DNA of 64,000 nucleotides from Polyangiaceae bacterium (GCA_965222375.1 CBDCTZ010000015.1:672001-736000), one strand, 5' to 3'. Positions 8,755 through 19,693 are shown, counted from the first letter of the stretch. Numbers and translations are program-made. Notes: a model not told the origin generated them from the sequence alone.

Positions 8755-11700
8755 TCAGTCGCACAGGGGGTCGTTGCCGCCCAGGGCGAACCACGCGGCG
8801 CGGTTGATCTTGCCCAGAATGGCGCCTGCGGTGCCGGGTAGGCGCGAGAAGCCAGCGTCGCGAATCGAGCCGCACAACAGGTTCGTGCCCGCACCTTCAG
8901 GCGTCCATTCGGGCGCACTGCTGGGGTCCCAACCTTCCATGTTCAGGATTGCGAGGGTGGCGTAGGCGACCTGCTTGGCCTTGGCGATTTCGAGGGCAAC
9001 CCAAAAACCGGTCTCGAAACCAGCCAGATTGGCGAGGTTGTCCAGGGCTTCCAGAACCTTGAGCCGCAGCTCCAACTCCGCCTTGCCCCGCGTCGAACTA
9101 CCGCCGCCGCTGCCATCGGGCAGCACGGCACGCACGGTGCCCGTGGGCATGTGTACCGAATAGTATGCCACCGGCGCTCCACTCTTGGGCACGATAGCCG
9201 TGTAGGTCTTGCTAACGTCCCAGAAGTATCCCTCCGCGATGCGCTTCCAGTCGGCAGCGTTGGGTGCATCCTTGAAGTGTGTGTGGAGCTGGTTAGCTTG
9301 CACCACTTCCAGCTCTTGGCTTCCGAGAAGCGAGACCGTGCTCGTGTCGTACAGCCCCGCTTCGTGGATGGCCTGCGCCGTCGTGCGCTCGAAATTGGTC
9401 TGCCAGGCGGCCGCCGGCGCTTGACCAATGGTCCGGTAGGGGGAAAACGGCATCAAGTCGATCTTGTCCAGGGAGGCGGCCTTGAACCTTGGTTGCCGCT
9501 GGAACGCGGTGACACGCACACCGGTGGGGAAGGTGGTTTCCGACGCGTCGGGAGCCGACAGTGGCATGTTGAGCCCCAAGGCTTTGGCCGGCAGCGAAGG
9601 CACACCAGCTTGCCAGGCATCTGCGAAAGCCTTTAGGTCGTCCCGGGAATCCCAAGCGGACTCATGGGCCAGACGGGCCTGCAACATATCCTCGGCAATG
9701 ATCGCCATGGGCGGCGCCGCGCCCTCGAAGACCAGCGTCGTAGAGCCGAATAGGGCGGCGTGCACCTCATCGGCATCGAGGGCCCTGCCAGATTCGGGTG
9801 CTTCATCAGGCTCGATGCCCGCCAGGGTGCGGGTGACTTCGCGCTTGCCTACCCTGACCGTGAGGTACAGTCCAACGAGAGCAGGCGGCGGCGCATCCGT
9901 GGGCAACGCCGTGTAGTTGCCGTTGTCCGTCGATGTCGCGCCGCTGAGTTTCACGTCGACTTTTCGCTGGGTTGGTCCGGTCGTCGGAGCACGGTAGCTC
10001 AGCTCGTAGTTCGCTCTCAGCCCCGGCAAGTTGGACGTGACCTGGGCCAGCGCGGCGGTGTGGTCCGTGACGGTGGCAGCCGCGCCGCCCGCAAGCTTGA
10101 CCATCTCGTTCATGGTGGACAGCTCGGTCGGGGAGACCGCGCCGGCTCCGAGCGCCAGAAGCGTGGCGTCGCTTTGGAGCAGGGTAGCTTCGATCTCGGG
10201 CGTCTTGGTATCCGTGCTGTCGAAGTCGCTGACGAGGATGACCATATCCACGTCGCGTTGCACGCCACGCTTCAGTCCCTTCCATACATCCGACCCCACC
10301 GCGAGGGTGTTGTCATATTGAGTCTCGATCTCCGCGACGGTGCCGACGAAAGGATGCGTTTCGGGTGTATCGATTGCACCCACGGCCATGACCGTATTCG
10401 GGTCCGCCAGAACCGTCGTCGCGATGTTGGACACGAAGGGCTTCAGGTTCGCCCCGCGAAACTGCGGATCGACACTTCCCGAACCGTCATACAGGAACAA
10501 GATGCGACGCTGAGTTGGCAGCGTGCGCAGTGAACCACCCAGTCGCGCGCCCTCCTCTTCCAGGTAGGTATCCGTGGCGGTGAGCCCCGGAACGTAGTCT
10601 CCCGCCTTGTCGAGCGCCGCGAACTGCACCCGCACGTTGGGAAATGTCTTGGCGTTGACGGAAACCACACTCAGCGTGTCGACGCTCGCAACCGCGTTGG
10701 GGTTTGCGGGATCGCTGAACTTGACGCCATTGAGGGTCACGGTGCCGTCGGCATTCCACGCCAAGCGGTCGCCTCGCAGAGTAAAGGCGTCGCCAATTTC
10801 GGTGAACTTGCTGCCGTCCTCGACGCTGAGGTCGCTACCCTCCACGCTGAGCATGGGTATGAACGTGGTGACCTCCTCGATCTTCGCCGGCATCATCTGA
10901 ATGAAGGGCAAGGGCGGTCGCGCCTGCACGCTGACCCGGCGCCCGACCAACTCTTCCGCCTTCCACGTCTTCTCGACCAGGTCGATGGGGTCCTTATTGT
11001 CTGGGCCGAAGGCCTTGCGGGTCCAGAGCTTGACGGTCACATCCGTGGACGTTGGAGCATTGCCCGAGAAGGGGTTGCCCTCCATATAGCTCTCGCCAAA
11101 CTTGCCATCGGAAACGACTGGGTTGGCGAACTGCTCGGTCCCGTTGATCGTCACGACGACCGCAGGGAAGTTGTGACCGAGCAAGTCGCTCACGTCTTCG
11201 AGCACCGCAGGAGGCGTGACGAGGACGGAAAGCTTGGTGGCCAGCGCCTTGGTCTGGCTGCCGTCCTGGTCGACGAAAGAGAAAGGATTGTCCGGGGCCT
11301 GCACGCCGACCATGCTTTGCCAGCGCGTTGCCGTATTGTCGGCGTCGGCGATCTGAAACGCCGGGCGCACGACTCGGGGAAAGAGGATCGCCAGGGAGCG
11401 CTTCGAGGGTTCGAGCTTGCCCTGCTTGATGGTCGCTTCGAAGCCGGCCTGTTCGTAGAGGCTCTTGAGCACCTCTACCTTGTCTCGCGGCGACCCGGCG
11501 CCGCCGCGAAGCGTCCCCCGCACACCGTAGTAGGACGAGTTTGCCACCGAATTGAAGACGCTGACGTTGGTCGGAGGCACGGTCTGAATTCGATCTCGCA
11601 CGAACTCGTAGATCTTGGTCGGGTCCTTGGTGGCGACCACTTCTTCGGAGCGAGCGATCAAGTGGTCGGGACTCTTGCGCACCGCATCTTTCGCCTCGCG

Positions 11701-11997
11701 CCACACGTCGAACCAATCGCTACCCGTTGAACCGCCGGCGCCACCAGCTCCGCCTGCACCGCCGGCGCCACTCGCACCGGCCGCACCCGAGCTGCCACCG
11801 GTGTTGCTGCTCGAAGACGAGTCGTCGCCACCGCAGGCCACCAGGCAGCTGGCCAACGCCAGTGCAAAGGCGCCGGCTTTGCTCAAGCTCGTGGCGCGGC
11901 TTTTGGCCGCGGCCGGGCGCGGCTGAGCCGGGACAGACGGTTTCGAAGGAGTCGTCGTCGATGCGTACCTGAGAGTCATGGTTCCTCGGTGGGTCAT
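8755..11997 (-). CDS. Large lipoprotein with transglutaminase-like and vWA domains
   Basis: LVAC lipobox; IYEFVRDRI...RGTLRGGAGSPRDK transglutaminase-like segment; ILFLYDGSGS MIDAS motif and VILVSD. Confidence 0.75.
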   Translation of the reverse strand: MTHRGTMTLRYASTTTPSKPSVPAQPRPAAAKSRATSLSKAGAFALALASCLVACGGDDSSSSSNTGGSSGAAGASGAGGAGGAGGAGGSTGSDWFDVWREAKDAVRKSPDHLIARSEEVVATKDPTKIYEFVRDRIQTVPPTNVSVFNSVANSSYYGVRGTLRGGAGSPRDKVEVLKSLYEQAGFEATIKQGKLEPSKRSLAILFPRVVRPAFQIADADNTATRWQSMVGVQAPDNPFSFVDQDGSQTKALATKLSVLVTPPAVLEDVSDLLGHNFPAVVVTINGTEQFANPVVSDGKFGESYMEGNPFSGNAPTSTDVTVKLWTRKAFGPDNKDPIDLVEKTWKAEELVGRRVSVQARPPLPFIQMMPAKIEEVTTFIPMLSVEGSDLSVEDGSKFTEIGDAFTLRGDRLAWNADGTVTLNGVKFSDPANPNAVASVDTLSVVSVNAKTFPNVRVQFAALDKAGDYVPGLTATDTYLEEEGARLGGSLRTLPTQRRILFLYDGSGSVDPQFRGANLKPFVSNIATTVLADPNTVMAVGAIDTPETHPFVGTVAEIETQYDNTLAVGSDVWKGLKRGVQRDVDMVILVSDFDSTDTKTPEIEATLLQSDATLLALGAGAVSPTELSTMNEMVKLAGGAAATVTDHTAALAQVTSNLPGLRANYELSYRAPTTGPTQRKVDVKLSGATSTDNGNYTALPTDAPPPALVGLYLTVRVGKREVTRTLAGIEPDEAPESGRALDADEVHAALFGSTTLVFEGAAPPMAIIAEDMLQARLAHESAWDSRDDLKAFADAWQAGVPSLPAKALGLNMPLSAPDASETTFPTGVRVTAFQRQPRFKAASLDKIDLMPFSPYRTIGQAPAAAWQTNFERTTAQAIHEAGLYDTSTVSLLGSQELEVVQANQLHTHFKDAPNAADWKRIAEGYFWDVSKTYTAIVPKSGAPVAYYSVHMPTGTVRAVLPDGSGGGSSTRGKAELELRLKVLEALDNLANLAGFETGFWVALEIAKAKQVAYATLAILNMEGWDPSSAPEWTPEGAGTNLLCGSIRDAGFSRLPGTAGAILGKINRAAWFALGGNDPLCD

Positions 11998-12407
11998 TGC
12001 TTGCTAACCGTACGCAGTTCTGGCGCGACCCCCCCTCGATGCGCCAGGGGCTGGACCGGAATTCACGCTCTGATCACGCCGGGATCACACTGAGAGGGGC
12101 GTTTTTTCTGGCACAGCGGATCTTCGCACTGCAGCTGTTGTAGAAGGCCTCGCGTCGAGCCCGCTCGGACGGAGCGGACCTTCGCAGAGGCCTTTTCCGC
12201 ACTACTCCTGACTCGCGCTCCGCCTGAGGGCTCCAGCGATGAGGCGTAGCACGGCTCCGTCTGACCCTGGTCATTCGTGAGTGTGCGCCCACCGTGCGAA
12301 CGCGGCGCACGCCGTCATTCGTAAGTGTGCACCGGCGGTGCACCCAGCGGGCTCCGCACCAACCACGCCGAGCGCAAAGGCTAAGGTGGTGTACCGGGGC
12401 GGCAGGC

Positions 12408-12841
12408 ATGAACTTTCAACCCGTCGAAGCGCTTCCCAAGAAAGAGGACACCGGAAGCAAAGCGATGCCGGCCAAGGAATTCAGGCTCGAGGGCAGTGAG
12501 GGACAGCGGTTCGTGTGATCCTGTCGGAGTTTCCGGCCGGCGCGGGTGGGCCGGCGGAGAGCGGCGACGTCTACGCTCTGTTGATGATGGGCCGGTCCAC
12601 CTATTTGGCCGATTCCAAGCCCGCGGAGTCCAAGGTTGAGCGGACCATCCTGGGCAAAAAGACCAGCGGCGACAGGTCCAGCGGCAGCATCCCCCGCCCG
12701 ACCATCTCCGAATCTTACGTGTTCGAGCGCGCGCCGAAACACTACGTCTTCCTGGGGTTCAAGTACGACAAGACCTTCGACCCAAAGCGTGCCGAGTCCC
12801 TGATCGAGAGCGTGTGCTCATCACTCGAGGTACAGAAGTAG
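12408..12841 (+). pseudogene. Hypothetical gene fragment with frameshift near 12515
   Basis: Two overlapping coding-like frames (MNFQPVEAL...RFV / ILSEFPAG...LEVQK). Confidence 0.45.
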
Positions 12842-12846
12842 CGCTT

Positions 12847-14025
12847 CTAGCGATGCAGCCCCAGGTGACCGGCGATGCAACCTGCGGCGGTAGTTTGAAT
12901 GCCGACGGTTTGGCTTTGAGGTGGATACATGTATCCGAACAGCGTGCACATCTCGTTTTCGCCGATTCCGTAAACGATGGGCTTGGCTAGGTCGTTCACC
13001 ACACTGCATGTGTAACGAATGCTCTTCACCCCAGCTAGGGAGACAGGGCTATCGAACACCTTGATGTCCGTTTCTGTATCGAAAGCCCCCTTATCGAGCA
13101 CGTTGGTGCTCGTCCCGTCCGCGTGAACCAAGTCGACGCGTACCGCCTCGGCGCGTTTGTGGGTGTGGGGCATCATGGTAACGAAATTCCCGCCGTACAG
13201 AGCACACTCGGTAGTGACGTCACCCTTGGACTTTGCGGGCACCTCGAAGGCCAGGTTGTCGAAGTAGTACGGGACCAAGTCCTCGGTCACCTCGCTCGCG
13301 GGCATCGTGTACACGTCGTACACAGCCTGCGCGCGCACCGTCTGGGTGCTCGCGTTCAGCCAGTGCACTTCACTCGCAACTTCGCGACCTTCCGTGGTCA
13401 GCTTGAACGCCAGGCCCGGTGCAAATGTGAGCGCTTCGCTTCCGCGAATCGCTGTCGAGTTGGCGAACACCACGTCAGGAATGTCTCCGGACACGGCGCT
13501 GACGATATGCTTGGACAGCTCGCCTTGGTTGGTTGCACAACCCGGATACGGGCTTGGCCCCTCGTCGCTATAGCTAACTCCCAACAGATTGGCGTGATGC
13601 AGCCCAGACGTGACGTGGATCACCACGGAGTAGACGTGTCTGTTCGCGAGCTTTGGGTATGGCCACGCCACGCATTCGGTGCGCTCTTCTCCAGGTGTCA
13701 GGGCGCGCTCCGGGAGGACGAGACGGAAGCCGCTCTTTGGCGGGGGAGGTAGGTCTAAGAGGTCGGTGTCGTGACTGCCGAAACTGACGACGTTGTCGAC
13801 ATCCACGGGCTGCTCGGGTTCATAGCGCCGGACGGGGTCGACGCAGCGACCTTCGAATAGCTCTTCATTGTTACCGCAGACGGTCTGTCCATCACCGCCC
13901 TCGGCACCTGCCTCGACGGTCGCGGGTGTGGCCGGCCCAGCATCATTGGTCCCGCAAGCAACCAACTCTGAAGCGAGCGCCGCGACCAGCAAGGGTGTGA
14001 ATGTGCGACTATGCACGAAGAGCAA
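12847..14025 (-). CDS. Copper type II ascorbate-dependent monooxygenase-like lipoprotein (PHM/DBM fold)
   Basis: Cu ligand motifs LHHANL, EVHWLN, MMPHTH, ENEMC; LVAC lipobox. Confidence 0.8.
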   Translation of the reverse strand: MLFVHSRTFTPLLVAALASELVACGTNDAGPATPATVEAGAEGGDGQTVCGNNEELFEGRCVDPVRRYEPEQPVDVDNVVSFGSHDTDLLDLPPPPKSGFRLVLPERALTPGEERTECVAWPYPKLANRHVYSVVIHVTSGLHHANLLGVSYSDEGPSPYPGCATNQGELSKHIVSAVSGDIPDVVFANSTAIRGSEALTFAPGLAFKLTTEGREVASEVHWLNASTQTVRAQAVYDVYTMPASEVTEDLVPYYFDNLAFEVPAKSKGDVTTECALYGGNFVTMMPHTHKRAEAVRVDLVHADGTSTNVLDKGAFDTETDIKVFDSPVSLAGVKSIRYTCSVVNDLAKPIVYGIGENEMCTLFGYMYPPQSQTVGIQTTAAGCIAGHLGLHR

Positions 14026-14036
14026 TCCTACGGGGC

Positions 14037-15563
14037 TCAGTCGCGGAACTCAAGCGGGTCCACGCCCGAGCTGACCGGCGCGGGTGTCGAGCTGGCAGGC
14101 GCGCTTGGCCTCGACTTGTCGGCAGTGGTCAGCACTGGCTTGGTAGCACGGGAGCGCTTGTCGGAGTTCTTGGATGCTCGAGAAGGCGTCGAATGCGCGT
14201 GCTGCAGTGCCGACCCAACACTGTCAGCGCTGCTTATAGGCGGCGACGCGGTTGGCGCATCAACGCTTGCTGACGCGGCCTGCGTTGCGGCACTACCGGG
14301 TCCGTCTGTCGCGTGCCCGGACGCAACCGTTCCGGAAAGCGTGGCACCCGCACTGCGCGTCACCTGGGTTGCCTTGTACTTCTTGCCCCCAGCTGGATTG
14401 ACTCCGCCCAGGATCGGGCCGGAACCAAGCACCCAAGCGGCGAAACCCAGCGCGGCTACAGCAGCCACCAACCACGGCCACCGCGTCGCCTTCTGAGCAA
14501 CTGACAGCGGGACGGTCACGCTGGTTTGGGTCGGCCCGGCGCTCGATTCGGCGCCAGCAGGGTCGCTGCCCAACACCCGTCCGAGACCGAACGCCCCGGG
14601 AGTGTCTTCGGTTTCCGTTTCGTCCGAGTTGGCGGGCGACTGCGCGCCAACAACAACTTGTCCCGGTGGGCGTTCTCGAAGCTGCGTCGACAGTCGTTCG
14701 AGAGCCTGAAAGAGATCTTGCGCACTGGCGTAGCGTGACGCTGGGTCCTTCTTTAGGCAACGAGCCACGATCTCAGCAAGCTGAGCGGGTGCATCCGGCC
14801 GCACCTCGAGCAGATCTGGTGGGTCATCCGACACAATGGATGCGCCAAGCCCCGGTAGGCTGTCGGCTTCGAAGGCAGGCCGACCCGAAACGCATTCGAA
14901 TATCGTAGCCCCTAGGCTCCAAATGTCACTGCGCACGTCGGCCGCCCGTGCGCTTCGTAGTTGCTCCGGCGCCATGTATAGCGGTGTACCGAGCAGCGCA
15001 CCGGTCTCGGTGAATGCCTCTCTAGCAAGTGTAGGCGATCCGATCTTCGAAACGCCAAAGTCCAAGATCTTCAGGATCGATTCTCCGTCGTCTCCGTTGC
15101 AAACAAACAGATTGGAGGGCTTGATGTCTCGATGCACGATGCTGCGTTCATGGGCTTCATGAAGGGCTTCACAAGCGTGCAGAGCAAAGCGCACGACATC
15201 CGCGATTGGAAGCACACCGCGAGCAATGAGCAACTCTCGAAGATTCGAACCCTGAAGCCGCTCCATGGCGATGTAGGCGATGTCTTCGACCTGCCCTGCC
15301 TCAATCACCCGCACGACGTGGGAGCTCTGTAGAGCGGCAACCGTGCGCGCTTCGCGGATCAGTCTCGCCGCGCGTTTGGCGCTGTGTTTGCGGAGGAACT
15401 TGATCGCGACAATGCGTCCCAGGGGCAACTGCTCCGCCTCGAGGACGATGCTCATTCCGCCCTTACCAAGCACACCCAGAATGCGGTAACGCTCGATGAA
15501 CACGGTACCCACCTTGGGAACCCCGGCATCATCGAGAGCGGGCTGTGTGTCGTCCCGAGTCAC
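14037..15563 (-). CDS. Membrane Ser/Thr protein kinase
   Basis: GKGGM, VAIK, HRDIKPSN, DFG, YMAPE; TM helix and Ser/Pro-rich tail. Confidence 0.92.
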   Translation of the reverse strand: MTRDDTQPALDDAGVPKVGTVFIERYRILGVLGKGGMSIVLEAEQLPLGRIVAIKFLRKHSAKRAARLIREARTVAALQSSHVVRVIEAGQVEDIAYIAMERLQGSNLRELLIARGVLPIADVVRFALHACEALHEAHERSIVHRDIKPSNLFVCNGDDGESILKILDFGVSKIGSPTLAREAFTETGALLGTPLYMAPEQLRSARAADVRSDIWSLGATIFECVSGRPAFEADSLPGLGASIVSDDPPDLLEVRPDAPAQLAEIVARCLKKDPASRYASAQDLFQALERLSTQLRERPPGQVVVGAQSPANSDETETEDTPGAFGLGRVLGSDPAGAESSAGPTQTSVTVPLSVAQKATRWPWLVAAVAALGFAAWVLGSGPILGGVNPAGGKKYKATQVTRSAGATLSGTVASGHATDGPGSAATQAASASVDAPTASPPISSADSVGSALQHAHSTPSRASKNSDKRSRATKPVLTTADKSRPSAPASSTPAPVSSGVDPLEFRD

Positions 15564-17008
15564 GACCGCACCCCGCGCTCCACACCGAAGCGTTTCATCA
15601 AGCGGATCAGCGCATGGCGGTTCTTCAACCCAAGATCTCGAAACGCCCGAGACTGGTTTCCACCATGCCGATCGAGGGCTGCACGCACCTCCTCTGGTGT
15701 TGGAAGTGTGTTCTCCTCTCTGTCAGGAGACGTGTCGCGCAGCGCAGCGAGCACGGAGGGTGTTGCTTCGACCGTGTCGCCAGTGCTTTCGCGCACCGCC
15801 TGCCACAACAAGCTCTCAACCTCCCGCGCGTGATGCTGATAGGAGTGCCGCACCAACCGGTCGACCAGGTCTGGTTCGAGTAGCGGCTGTCCCTCTTCCA
15901 GCTCCGAGCGGTCGACAAACGCTCCCGCGATTTCTGGGTTCTGCTTGGCCATTCCGCGAAGCATGCTTCGGACCAGTAGGGGAACGTCTTCACAGCGCTC
16001 CTTCAAAGTCGGAATTCGAACCTGGATTTTCAAGCGAGCGACCAAATCGTGGCGCAAATCCCCGGGGCCACGGTTGGTGGCACAAATGAGTCGGAAGTTG
16101 GAGCTACGCGTCTGAGCATCCCCGAGCCGTTGGTACTCTCCGCCGGAATCCAAGACTCGAAGCAAGTGGGCCTGCAGCGCTTCCGGGAATTCCGCGATTT
16201 CGTCCAGGAACAGGGTGGACTTGTCACAAGCACCAATGAGCCCGGGACGCCCGGGCATGCCAGGATTTGGGTAATCTTTGATGTTCCCAAAAAGCTCCGC
16301 ATCGACGAGAGCCTCTGGAAAAGTGGCCGCGTTGCGCGACACCATGGCCTGAGAGGCGCCAACACCCAGCTCATGGATCATTCTGGCGGCCAACTCTTTT
16401 CCGGTGCCGCTCTCACCAAGCACGAGGCAGTGCTGCTTGGAGAGGGCGGCAAACGCAATACTCTCCCTCAGTGCCCAAGTCGTGGGGCTCTCGCCGATCA
16501 TGCCGTAGGCATCCGCGTCACCAAACGCTCGGATCGCTGACTTTGGCAGACGCTTCAGGGGCGCAATGCGCGCGGCCCGGCGCACACAAATCAACAGTAG
16601 CTGACCGCCGAGCATCACCGTATCGCCTGGCTTCAAGTCCGCTTCTTGCTTCAGAGCACCATTCACGCGCATCACAAGTCGACCGAGCCGCCGTGCCTTC
16701 AGAACACCGGCGCTGGGCGTCACCAAGAGCTGTGCACGTGAAAGCGCACTCCCTTCTAGATCACCCGTGGGCTCCCAGTTCCCCGGTCGCTGGCGCGCAA
16801 ACCGCACTCGCTCGGCGGGATCATCCTCCCGTGCACCCCCGCGTCCGATGAGCCGCGCACCGCTGCCCGCGGGAAACAGCGTGACCTCGCCCGCTCGCTG
16901 AGGCTCCGCCCGACTCCAGCCGATCGCGAGGGCAAGGTGCTGCGGCTGTTTTCCGTACGAAGCGCCGCCCCGCTCTATCTCGTCCCCCGTGGAATCGCTC
17001 GCTTTCAC
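15560..17008 (-). CDS. FHA-like / AAA+ / HTH enhancer-binding-protein-like regulator
   Basis: Walker A GESGTGKE, Walker B LFLDEI, LRVL, CATNR, C-terminal GGNQSRA HTH; GAFTGA loop replaced by KDYPNPG. Confidence 0.88.
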   Translation of the reverse strand: MKASDSTGDEIERGGASYGKQPQHLALAIGWSRAEPQRAGEVTLFPAGSGARLIGRGGAREDDPAERVRFARQRPGNWEPTGDLEGSALSRAQLLVTPSAGVLKARRLGRLVMRVNGALKQEADLKPGDTVMLGGQLLLICVRRAARIAPLKRLPKSAIRAFGDADAYGMIGESPTTWALRESIAFAALSKQHCLVLGESGTGKELAARMIHELGVGASQAMVSRNAATFPEALVDAELFGNIKDYPNPGMPGRPGLIGACDKSTLFLDEIAEFPEALQAHLLRVLDSGGEYQRLGDAQTRSSNFRLICATNRGPGDLRHDLVARLKIQVRIPTLKERCEDVPLLVRSMLRGMAKQNPEIAGAFVDRSELEEGQPLLEPDLVDRLVRHSYQHHAREVESLLWQAVRESTGDTVEATPSVLAALRDTSPDREENTLPTPEEVRAALDRHGGNQSRAFRDLGLKNRHALIRLMKRFGVERGVRS

Positions 17009-17046
17009 CCCTGCGAGTATAGCGCGTCTGCCTGGCGGCCCAGCGC

Positions 17047-18141
17047 TCAGAACGTCGCCCGCAGGTTAGCGTGGCCCAACCCGAGACGAAGGGATAGACG
17101 GGTTTGGGCCTGAGATGCTCTGGGCGGGTCGCGTAGTATGAAGTAGGCTCCCAGCCCTGTCGCGACAACGCCAAGCCCAATGCCAACATTCGCGAGCCAC
17201 GCGTTCCGCACGGCAGAGTCGCTCAGGCGGCTTTCTTCAGCGTTGCAGCCATCACGACAACCCTCATCTGCTTCCTGATCGAGCTGCACGGCCCTGATGC
17301 CAAAGTAGGTGCCCACACCCAAGCTTGCCAGCCCCGCGGCGCCGAGCACGTAGCCGAGGGTGGGTGGGCTGGCATCAGCCTGAGCCGCGCCCGAAGTGCC
17401 CGGTGGGACAGCTTCGCCCTTCATGGTGGGTTTGGCTGCCGGCAGAGGTCGGGGGGGTGGCGTTGGCTCCAGCTGAGCTACTCGTACTTGCACGGTCTTC
17501 GTTTCTCCCACCTCCAACGAATACGTCCAGCTCTCATGCTTCGGTGCGCTCGCGACGACTGTGTGCCGACCTTGGTCTACGGGGATCCTGGAGCCCCACG
17601 CAGCACGACCAATGACCGTTCCGTCCAAGCGAATGACGAGACGGTCGAGTCGAGCGGGCTCTGGCACGACGAGCACGATACGGCTGAGCTGCGAGTCCAA
17701 TTCCTCCAAGCGTTCGCGCGCAAGTTCCACCCGCTTGGGGCGTCCCTCGCGCACTGCCTGTGCCAGGGCCTGGCGATACTCGGTCCACGCGGTGGCCTTC
17801 TTACCAACGCGCTGATGGCACACGGCTAGGTTCAGGAGCGTGCCACCTTTCGGATCCAGGCGCTGACTCTCCTCCAGTTTCGGGCATGCTGTGGCAAAAT
17901 CCCCATCTCGCATGAGCTCGCGAGCTTCCTGGAACAGAGCCTCGGCAACCGCCGATGTCGAGGTCTGCCCGTCGGCCGAACCCGTGAGCAGACACGCCGC
18001 GAGGGTCAGCGAGCCGACGAGCCAGCGCGGTCGGCAAGTCCGTTCCGACGCACAGGTGGTTGTCTGCCGTGGTAGTTGGCCCATAAATCCGAGTACAAAA
18101 CGCGTGCGAAAAACACGAGCAGTGCTGGCCAAGGTTAGCAT
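17047..18141 (-). CDS. TPR/PEGA-like myxobacterial membrane protein
   Basis: AEALFQEAR...ACPKLEESQRLDPKGGTLLNLAVC motif, IPVDQGRH, C-terminal TM helices. Confidence 0.8.
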   Translation of the reverse strand: MLTLASTARVFRTRFVLGFMGQLPRQTTTCASERTCRPRWLVGSLTLAACLLTGSADGQTSTSAVAEALFQEARELMRDGDFATACPKLEESQRLDPKGGTLLNLAVCHQRVGKKATAWTEYRQALAQAVREGRPKRVELARERLEELDSQLSRIVLVVPEPARLDRLVIRLDGTVIGRAAWGSRIPVDQGRHTVVASAPKHESWTYSLEVGETKTVQVRVAQLEPTPPPRPLPAAKPTMKGEAVPPGTSGAAQADASPPTLGYVLGAAGLASLGVGTYFGIRAVQLDQEADEGCRDGCNAEESRLSDSAVRNAWLANVGIGLGVVATGLGAYFILRDPPRASQAQTRLSLRLGLGHANLRATF

Positions 18142-18300
18142 GCCCTCTTCCGCCCGTGCACGGTCGGCTCGACTCCCACGCCGACCTCGACGACGGCCAA
18201 GGCCGCGGTTCACGGCTCGCGGATCGTAACGACTGCAACGAGCAGTCCGCGCGGTGTAGGATGGGGAACGTCGCCGCAACGTTGGGCGGGCGAGGGCATC

Positions 18301-19692
18301 GTGCAACCCGTGGCCAAATCCAGAATTTTCACGACGTCTCACGCCGCACTCGTACTGATGGCGACGGCACTACTCCCAGCGAGCTGCCAGGCCATATTCG
18401 ATATCGAGAGCCGACCAGCTTCTGAGCCCGTGAAGGTGAACGACGCGTCAACGGATCATTTTTCCGCCGATGCCGATGCAGACGTGGCGGAATGCTTCGA
18501 CGAGCCGCCGCGTTGTGCCGGCAACGTGATTGAGGTTTGCGACGACGGAGTTTGGACACAGCCCACTACTTGTGCGCTGCCGTCAGCCGCCTGCAGCAAG
18601 GGTGCGTGCCAAGCTGTTCGAGCCCTCGCCACGGGCCTTGCTTGGGAACACAGCTGCGCCGTGCTGGAGGACGATTCGGTCCATTGCTGGGGCGCGAACC
18701 AGAACGCCGAACTCGGTCGCGGCAAGCTGACAGCGTTCGAGTTGCGACCAGGTCCAGTCGCTGGCTTGACGGCTGTGAAACAAGTCAGCCTGGGTCGGAA
18801 GTCCAGTTGTGCATTGACGACATCGGGAGAAGTGTGGTGTTGGGGAGATAATTCCGCTGGGCAGATCAGCGCAAATTCTCCAGAGTCTGTCCATCTGATG
18901 CCCGTGCAAGTCGCCGGCATCAGCAAGGCTGCCGAACTCAGTTGCGGCTTCTTTCACTGTTGCATCCGCGACGACGTAGGTCGCGTCAGCTGTTGGGGGC
19001 AGAATAGCTTCGCCCAGCTCGGAGGCGGCGCGACTAGCGCGGCGGAAGGTGCGACGGATGCCGGCGTCACCGGGACTCTTGCGGTCGCGGTTGGTGAGGC
19101 GCACAGCTGCGCAATCAGTCAGTCCAAGCAAGTCCTGTGTTGGGGACGCAACCAACGGCAGCAGATCGGTGACAAGGCGGGCGGGCAGGTACGACTCAAG
19201 CCGTCCACGGTCCTCACGGCTCCTTCGACACCCCTCGCCGATGTACAGCACATCGCGGTGGGCGCCTTTCATTCTTGTGCAACCACCGGGGCGGGAACTA
19301 CCTATTGTTGGGGCGCCAACGAATTCGGCGGGCTCGGCGTCGGTGACTTTGGAGACCGAGGGTTTGCAACACCCACTCAGTTTGCATCGGGTTCCCGCAC
19401 CAGCGCGGGAAATCGACAAACGTGTGCCCTCCATGGAGCCTCCGCAAGCTGCACTGGCTACAATCAAGTCGGTTCGCTGGGAAATGGAACCCTAGGCAGC
19501 GGCACCGAACAAACAACACCGACACCGGTCGTCAACGTTCAAGACTTGGTCGAGCTTTCCATGCAGTTCAACCATACCTGCGCCCGCTCGAGCAGCGGGC
19601 TGGTTCAGTGTTGGGGTGGCAACGGCCACGGGCAGCTCGGCGACTGGAAGCCGGGCCAGGAATCTGCCTGGCCCGTCCCCGTGCGTTGGTGA
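18301..19692 (+). CDS. RCC1-repeat lipoprotein
   Basis: Repeated HSCA...VxCWGxNxxxQLG units. Confidence 0.9.
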   Translation: MQPVAKSRIFTTSHAALVLMATALLPASCQAIFDIESRPASEPVKVNDASTDHFSADADADVAECFDEPPRCAGNVIEVCDDGVWTQPTTCALPSAACSKGACQAVRALATGLAWEHSCAVLEDDSVHCWGANQNAELGRGKLTAFELRPGPVAGLTAVKQVSLGRKSSCALTTSGEVWCWGDNSAGQISANSPESVHLMPVQVAGISKAAELSCGFFHCCIRDDVGRVSCWGQNSFAQLGGGATSAAEGATDAGVTGTLAVAVGEAHSCAISQSKQVLCWGRNQRQQIGDKAGGQVRLKPSTVLTAPSTPLADVQHIAVGAFHSCATTGAGTTYCWGANEFGGLGVGDFGDRGFATPTQFASGSRTSAGNRQTCALHGASASCTGYNQVGSLGNGTLGSGTEQTTPTPVVNVQDLVELSMQFNHTCARSSSGLVQCWGGNGHGQLGDWKPGQESAWPVPVRW

Positions 19693-19693
19693 C

